From contig JABDPB010000012.1 in assembly GCA_013042995.1 (NCBI GenBank), positions 25,093 through 89,092 on the forward strand: a stretch of 64,000 nt of DNA. Direction: 5' to 3'. Source of the DNA: Ignavibacteriaceae bacterium. Lineage in GTDB: Bacteria; Bacteroidota; Ignavibacteria; Ignavibacteriales; Ignavibacteriaceae. Under the pieces are notes generated by a model. It made no database searches. It was not told where the DNA came from and saw only the letters and a list, made by a program, of their open reading frames with translations. The translations under genes and the position numbers were made by a program. Positions 59,311 through 64,000 of the stretch are shown in pieces (position 1 is the stretch's first letter; the number at the start of each line of letters is the position of its first letter).

Positions 59311-59331
59311 GAGAATTTGATGAGAAGTGAT

Positions 59332-60654
59332 TTATTTGATGATCTTCTTTTCTTTTAGAACACTATGTATGGTGTTTTGTCCTATTTCCTGCAGATCATA
59401 TTTAACACGTGTATACGGTTTGTTAATTTTAATATATCTGCTGAGATCAATCGGGGTTCCAATTACAACAGAATCACATTTTGTTCTGTTGATTGTTGTT
59501 TCCAGATCTTTCATTTGTGCGGCTCCATAGCCCATTGCTGGCAGTAAAATTCCAATATCTGGATATTTTGTAAAAGTATCAGTAATTGTTTTTACAGTAT
59601 AAGGTCTCGGATCAACAATTTCTTTTGCACCGAGTTTTTGAGCTGCTATTGTTCCCGCGCCATATTGCATTTCACCATGTGTAAGTGTTGGACCATCTTC
59701 TACAACAAGCACTTTTTTATTTTTAATCACAGAAGGCTTATCCACAGTAATTGGTGAAGCTGCTTCAATTATAGTTGCATTGGGATTTAAGAGTTTTGTG
59801 TTTTCAATAACTTCCAAAATATCATCAGCATTTGCAGAATCGACTTTATTTATTATTGCAGCATCAGCCATTCTTAAGGAAGTGTTTCCCGGATAATAGT
59901 AAAGTTCGTGTCCCGGTCTATGGGGATCAACAACTGTAAATGTAACATCAGCTTTATAGAATGAGAAATCATTGTTGCCGCCGTCCCACAAAATAACATC
60001 AGCTTCTTTTTCCGCTTCTCGGAGAATTGCTTCATAATCTACACCTGCATAAATCACTCCGCCTCGTGCAATGTGCGGTTCGTACTCTTCAATCTCTTCA
60101 ATTGTACAATCATGTTTTTTCAGATCTTCATAAGTTGCAAATCGTTGAACTTTTTGTTTAACAAGATTTCCGTAAGGCATCGGATGACGAATTGCTACTA
60201 CTTTTAAACCTGCTTCAGTTAAAACTTCAACCACTTTTCTAGAGGTTTGAGATTTTCCTGAGCCAGTTCTAACTGCAATAACAGCTACAACAGGTTTTTT
60301 GCTTTTTATTTGTGTCTCTTCCGCACCTAACAATCTGAATGAGACCCCTGCAGCATTTACCTGTGAAGCTTTATCCATTACATACTCAAATGGAACATCT
60401 GAATAAGAGAATACAACCTCGTCAACTGCCAATTTGTCTATTAATTTTAGAAGATCTTTTTCTTCATATATTTTTATTCCTTTTGGATAAAGTTTTCCCG
60501 AAAGTTGTTTTGGATAAACTCTTCCATCTATATTAGGAATTTGTGTTGCGGTAAATGCAACAACATTATACGATCTGTTTTTTCTGAAAAAAACGTTAAA
60601 GTTATGGAAGTCGCGACCAGCCGCACCCATTATCAGAACATTCTTACGAGCCAT
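59332..60654 (-). CDS. COG2403-type predicted GTPase / cyclic 2,3-diphosphoglycerate synthetase-like protein
   Basis: N-terminal VLIMGAAGRDFHNFN, P-loop-like AVRTGSGKSQTS, 440 aa. Family recognised from memory. Confidence 0.6.
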   Translation of the reverse strand: MARKNVLIMGAAGRDFHNFNVFFRKNRSYNVVAFTATQIPNIDGRVYPKQLSGKLYPKGIKIYEEKDLLKLIDKLAVDEVVFSYSDVPFEYVMDKASQVNAAGVSFRLLGAEETQIKSKKPVVAVIAVRTGSGKSQTSRKVVEVLTEAGLKVVAIRHPMPYGNLVKQKVQRFATYEDLKKHDCTIEEIEEYEPHIARGGVIYAGVDYEAILREAEKEADVILWDGGNNDFSFYKADVTFTVVDPHRPGHELYYYPGNTSLRMADAAIINKVDSANADDILEVIENTKLLNPNATIIEAASPITVDKPSVIKNKKVLVVEDGPTLTHGEMQYGAGTIAAQKLGAKEIVDPRPYTVKTITDTFTKYPDIGILLPAMGYGAAQMKDLETTINRTKCDSVVIGTPIDLSRYIKINKPYTRVKYDLQEIGQNTIHSVLKEKKIIK

Positions 60655-60974
60655 AAAATACTCCTTTGGTTATTTTTTTAGTTGAATAATTTCTTAAAAA
60701 TCATCGTCAAATTTAATCTTTTTGGCGGAGAAAAGTCGAATATAGAGGTAAGAATTAATTAAAAAATCTTCGTAAATATTTATCAAAAAATTATTGCTCC
60801 TATTTTACTTAAACTAACTTTTTGCAATTTACTTTTTACAACACAAGTAGAAAATGATTTAGAATAACAGGTTTATTTTGGCACAATTGTTTCACAATTT
60901 TCGAAAGTAAACTAGAATAAAATTCGATATTTTAATAAATATAATTTAGTTAATTATTACATCCAGAGGGAAAA

Positions 60975-62450
60975 ATGAAAACTGTTGGTCCAATATTTAC
61001 TCTACTCTTTCTTTTGACTTCAAATTTAGTTGCCCAGGATTTAGATTTTTTTGATCAATACTTTGTAGATCAAACGATGCGGATTGATTACTATCACATT
61101 GGCGATGCGAATGAAGAATACATTACTCTAGATCAAGTATACAAATATGGAATTTGGGCGGGCAGCAGAGTACGACTATTTGATGAATTAAATCTTGGTA
61201 GATATTGTGTAAATATTTATGATGCTGAATCAAATCTGCTTCTTTATTCAAAAGGATTTGACAGTTATTTTGGAGAATATAAAACCAGTGATAATGGATT
61301 GGATGGCATACAAAAAACGTTTCATGAAACTATATTGATTCCATATCCAAAGAATAAAATTATTTTCTCATTTGAAAAAAGAGATAACCTTCAAGAACTT
61401 TTTGAAATTTATAGAATGGAAATTGATCCTGATGATGTAATGATTATTCGGGATGAAATAAAAGATAGACAGGTTAAAGTATATGATTCTGAAATGAACG
61501 GGGATCCGCACACCAGAGTTGATATTGCTGTAATTGGGGAAGGTTATACTCTTGATGAGAAAGATAAATTTGAAAAAGATTTAAGATACTTTACAAAAGT
61601 TTTCTTTAGTCAAGCACCCTACAGATTATTTGCAGGAAATTTTAATATTTATGGTATTTACAAACCTTCACAAGACAGCGGAATTGATGAGCCCCGTGCC
61701 GGCTTGTATAAGAATACGGTTCTAGGTTGCACATTTAATACGATGGGTTCTGAGCGCTACATTCTCACAGAAAACAATAAAGAGCTAAGCGATCTAGCAG
61801 CACATGCTCCCTGCGATGCAATTTACATAATGATAAACCATTCTCGATATGGTGGTGGAGGAATTTATAATCTTTATTGTACGTTTACTACAGATAATCA
61901 ATTTAAAGACTACTTATTTCTTCACGAATTTGGACATTCTTTTGCTGGATTAGCAGATGAATATTACACATCCGATGTACAGTATACTGATTTTTACCCT
62001 TTGGGAATTGAACCTTTGGAGCCGAATATCACTGCCTTAGTAAATCCGCAAGATGTAAAGTGGAAAGAATATCTTTCATCCGGAGTTGATGTTCCAACAC
62101 CATGGAAAAAAGCTCCATATGATTCGATGGATTTTAAATGGCAAGCTGAACGAAGACAAATAAATAATAAAATTGCTGAACTAAAAAAGAAAAAAGCTTC
62201 GATTGATGTGATTCGATTAGCTGAAAACGAATATGCAGAAAAAGACAGATTACACTCCATAAAAGTAGATGAGTACTTAATGAAAAGCAGGTTCTTTGGC
62301 AAAGTTGGCGTGTTTGAAGGCGCAGGCTATGTAGCGAAAGGAATGTACAGACCAATGCTGGATTGTATAATGTTTTCCAAAGGAGATAAACCATTTTGTA
62401 GAGTATGTCAGTCACATTTAGTAAAAGTTATTGAGCAGTACAGCGAGTGA
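60975..62450 (+). CDS. M64 family (IgA peptidase-like) zinc metallopeptidase
   Basis: Signal peptide; HEFGHSFAGLADEY zinc motif; VDIAVIGEGYT block. Confidence 0.8.
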   Translation: MKTVGPIFTLLFLLTSNLVAQDLDFFDQYFVDQTMRIDYYHIGDANEEYITLDQVYKYGIWAGSRVRLFDELNLGRYCVNIYDAESNLLLYSKGFDSYFGEYKTSDNGLDGIQKTFHETILIPYPKNKIIFSFEKRDNLQELFEIYRMEIDPDDVMIIRDEIKDRQVKVYDSEMNGDPHTRVDIAVIGEGYTLDEKDKFEKDLRYFTKVFFSQAPYRLFAGNFNIYGIYKPSQDSGIDEPRAGLYKNTVLGCTFNTMGSERYILTENNKELSDLAAHAPCDAIYIMINHSRYGGGGIYNLYCTFTTDNQFKDYLFLHEFGHSFAGLADEYYTSDVQYTDFYPLGIEPLEPNITALVNPQDVKWKEYLSSGVDVPTPWKKAPYDSMDFKWQAERRQINNKIAELKKKKASIDVIRLAENEYAEKDRLHSIKVDEYLMKSRFFGKVGVFEGAGYVAKGMYRPMLDCIMFSKGDKPFCRVCQSHLVKVIEQYSE

Positions 62451-62512
62451 GATAAATTAGAAATTGTTTTATTTCGTTTTAATTAAACTAATGATTGAAT
62501 AACTTATCCATA

Positions 62513-64000
62513 GTGGATAAAAATTTTTACGTAAATCTTTTAACAAAAATCTCTTACCGAACTGCCGGTTATTTCGAACGGCTGAAACTCACCGAACACA
62601 CATTCATGATAATTGCCGCAATCATAATAGGATTGCTTGCTGGTTTTGCTGCAATTGGGATAAGATTTTTAATACAAGAAATATCTTATCTCTGCTTTCA
62701 GGGTGATGGTAATCTACTTCAAAATATAATGAACACACCATGGTATTGGGTTTTAATAATTCCCACTGTTGGTGGATTGATTGTAGGTCCAATCATATAT
62801 TTCTTAGCACCTGAGGCAAAAGGGCATGGTGTCCCTGAAGTCATGCAATCAATTTTGTTAAAAGGTGGAAATATTAGACCACGTGTTGCATTTATTAAAG
62901 CCATTGCATCTTCAATTACAATAGGAACAGGTGGTTCTGTCGGAAGAGAGGGACCGATTATTCAAATTGGATCCAGTCTTGGATCGATGGTAGGACAATT
63001 TCTCCGTGTCCCGAGTAAGAGAATGAAAACGCTTGTGGGTTGTGGAGCTGCAGCAGGAATAGCTGCTGCATTTAATGCTCCTATTGCAGGAGCACTTTTT
63101 GCAGTTGAAATAATACTGATGGATTTTGCAATCGCACAATTCTCTCCAATTGTTATTGCTTCTGTAATTGCCACAGTAGTTTCCCACACATTCGAAGGAA
63201 AATTTGCTGCGTTTATTGTTCCAAGTTATGAACTCGTTTCACCACAGGAAATAGGGTTTTACTTTATTCTCGGCGCTCTTGCTGGAATAGCATCATACTT
63301 GTTTATTAAGTCACTCTACTATTCTGAAGATGTATTTGACAACAAATTAAAGTTCCCCGAATATCTTAAACCAGCTTTGGGTGGTATTCAAGTAGGATTG
63401 ATTGCGTTGATTTTCCCGCAAATTATGGGTGTTGGATACGATACCATCAACGATGCTCTTTATGGAAATATGTTTTGGTATCTCGCACTTGCTTTAGTTT
63501 TTATTAAAATTCTCGCTACTTCAATTACGCTTGGATCCGGAGGCTCAGGTGGTATTTTTGCGCCCTCACTTTTTATGGGTGCAATGCTTGGTTTCTTTTT
63601 TGGGCATGCAGTGCATACAATTTTTCCTGAGGTTACGGCTACACCCGGAGCATATGCTTTAGTTGCAATGGGTGGGCTTGTTGCAGGAACTACGAGAGCT
63701 CCTATTACCGCTATTATCATTGTTTTTGAATTAACAAACGACTACAGCATTATACTTCCATTAATGGTAACATGCATTATAAGTACAATTCTTTCTGCCA
63801 AACTATCGAGAGAATCAATCTATACTTTAAAACTTCTTCTAAGGAACATTGGTATAAAAGAAGGTATGGAAGTAAACATAATGGAATCGCTTTATGTAAA
63901 AGATGTTTATAGAAAAGATGTTGAAGTGATAAAAGACTCGGAAAATTTTAATCAGATTGTAAATAAAATTTTAAAAGGAAGATCAGCGGAATACCCTGTT
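62513..64000 (+). CDS. ClC voltage-gated chloride channel / Cl-/H+ antiporter with a C-terminal CBS region (3' end outside the window)
   Basis: GKGHGVPE, GSVGREGP, GIFAPSL. The frame is open from 62495 to the window end, with GTG at 62513 or TTG at 62495 as possible starts. The track omits it because no stop codon falls inside the window. Confidence 0.88.
   Translation, partial: MDKNFYVNLLTKISYRTAGYFERLKLTEHTFMIIAAIIIGLLAGFAAIGIRFLIQEISYLCFQGDGNLLQNIMNTPWYWVLIIPTVGGLIVGPIIYFLAPEAKGHGVPEVMQSILLKGGNIRPRVAFIKAIASSITIGTGGSVGREGPIIQIGSSLGSMVGQFLRVPSKRMKTLVGCGAAAGIAAAFNAPIAGALFAVEIILMDFAIAQFSPIVIASVIATVVSHTFEGKFAAFIVPSYELVSPQEIGFYFILGALAGIASYLFIKSLYYSEDVFDNKLKFPEYLKPALGGIQVGLIALIFPQIMGVGYDTINDALYGNMFWYLALALVFIKILATSITLGSGGSGGIFAPSLFMGAMLGFFFGHAVHTIFPEVTATPGAYALVAMGGLVAGTTRAPITAIIIVFELTNDYSIILPLMVTCIISTILSAKLSRESIYTLKLLLRNIGIKEGMEVNIMESLYVKDVYRKDVEVIKDSENFNQIVNKILKGRSAEYPV

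Noticed and set aside
60879-60893. Sigma54-like element TGGCAC-AATTG-TTTCA upstream of the M64 peptidase gene.
   Set aside because: The -12 element reads TTTC instead of TTGC (the conserved G is lost). There is no supporting context such as a bEBP gene or enhancer-like repeats. It is probably a chance match in a 320-bp AT-rich spacer.
62451-62512. A fluoride (crcB-type) riboswitch upstream of the ClC gene.
   Set aside because: The spacer is short and AT-rich with no conserved riboswitch-like GC helices. The channel has the GSVGREGP and GIFAPS motifs plus a C-terminal CBS region, which fits a canonical ClC rather than ClC-F.

Overview
This is a 64 kb chromosomal segment from a low-GC bacterium. 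By eye the conserved proteins (GroEL, FtsZ, DnaE2-type 'GCFYIESP' motif) look FCB-group or Ignavibacteria-like, but that placement is inference only. I saw no transposase, integrase, phage genes or CRISPR array. Gene content in order: the 3' end of the dcw cluster (murC'-ftsQ-ftsA-ftsZ); a small CPXCG zinc-finger gene; an N-terminally truncated Pol III alpha (DnaE) ORF; a complete RND efflux operon (MFP-RND-OMF); two tandem POTRA-less Omp85-type barrel genes plus a 147-bp remnant of a third copy flanking a K+ channel gene; an operon of a DUF2490-like barrel and a phospholipase C/P1 nuclease-fold protein with a C-terminal barrel-like domain; argF; a large MscK-like channel; envelope lipoproteins and OMPs; tRNA-Pro(CGG); ompA; pyrR-pyrB-pyrC with a PyrR attenuator; an FN3 lipoprotein, a small protein and a 1275-aa NtrY-like kinase; a single-chain UvrD helicase with a 4-Cys PD-(D/E)xK nuclease; a SpmA/B-like membrane protein; an amino-acid/oxo-acid dehydrogenase and CoA-transferase cluster; groES-groEL with a perfect CIRCE; a CPBP protease; pdxJ; a eukaryote-type UDP-glucose dehydrogenase; an envelope cluster (DUF1579, OprB-like porin, small barrel, secreted ankyrin); typA/bipA; a sortilin/BNR protein; a COG2403 protein; an M64 peptidase; and the 5' part of a ClC channel. 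The most unusual items are the PLC/P1-nuclease-like protein with autotransporter-like architecture, the truncated DnaE ORF with palindromes just upstream, the direct repeat of an Omp85 3' end around the channel gene, a GC-rich structured intergenic island (candidate sRNA), and the helicase with a Cas4/AddB-like cysteine pattern. All homology statements are motif recognition by eye. No searches were run.
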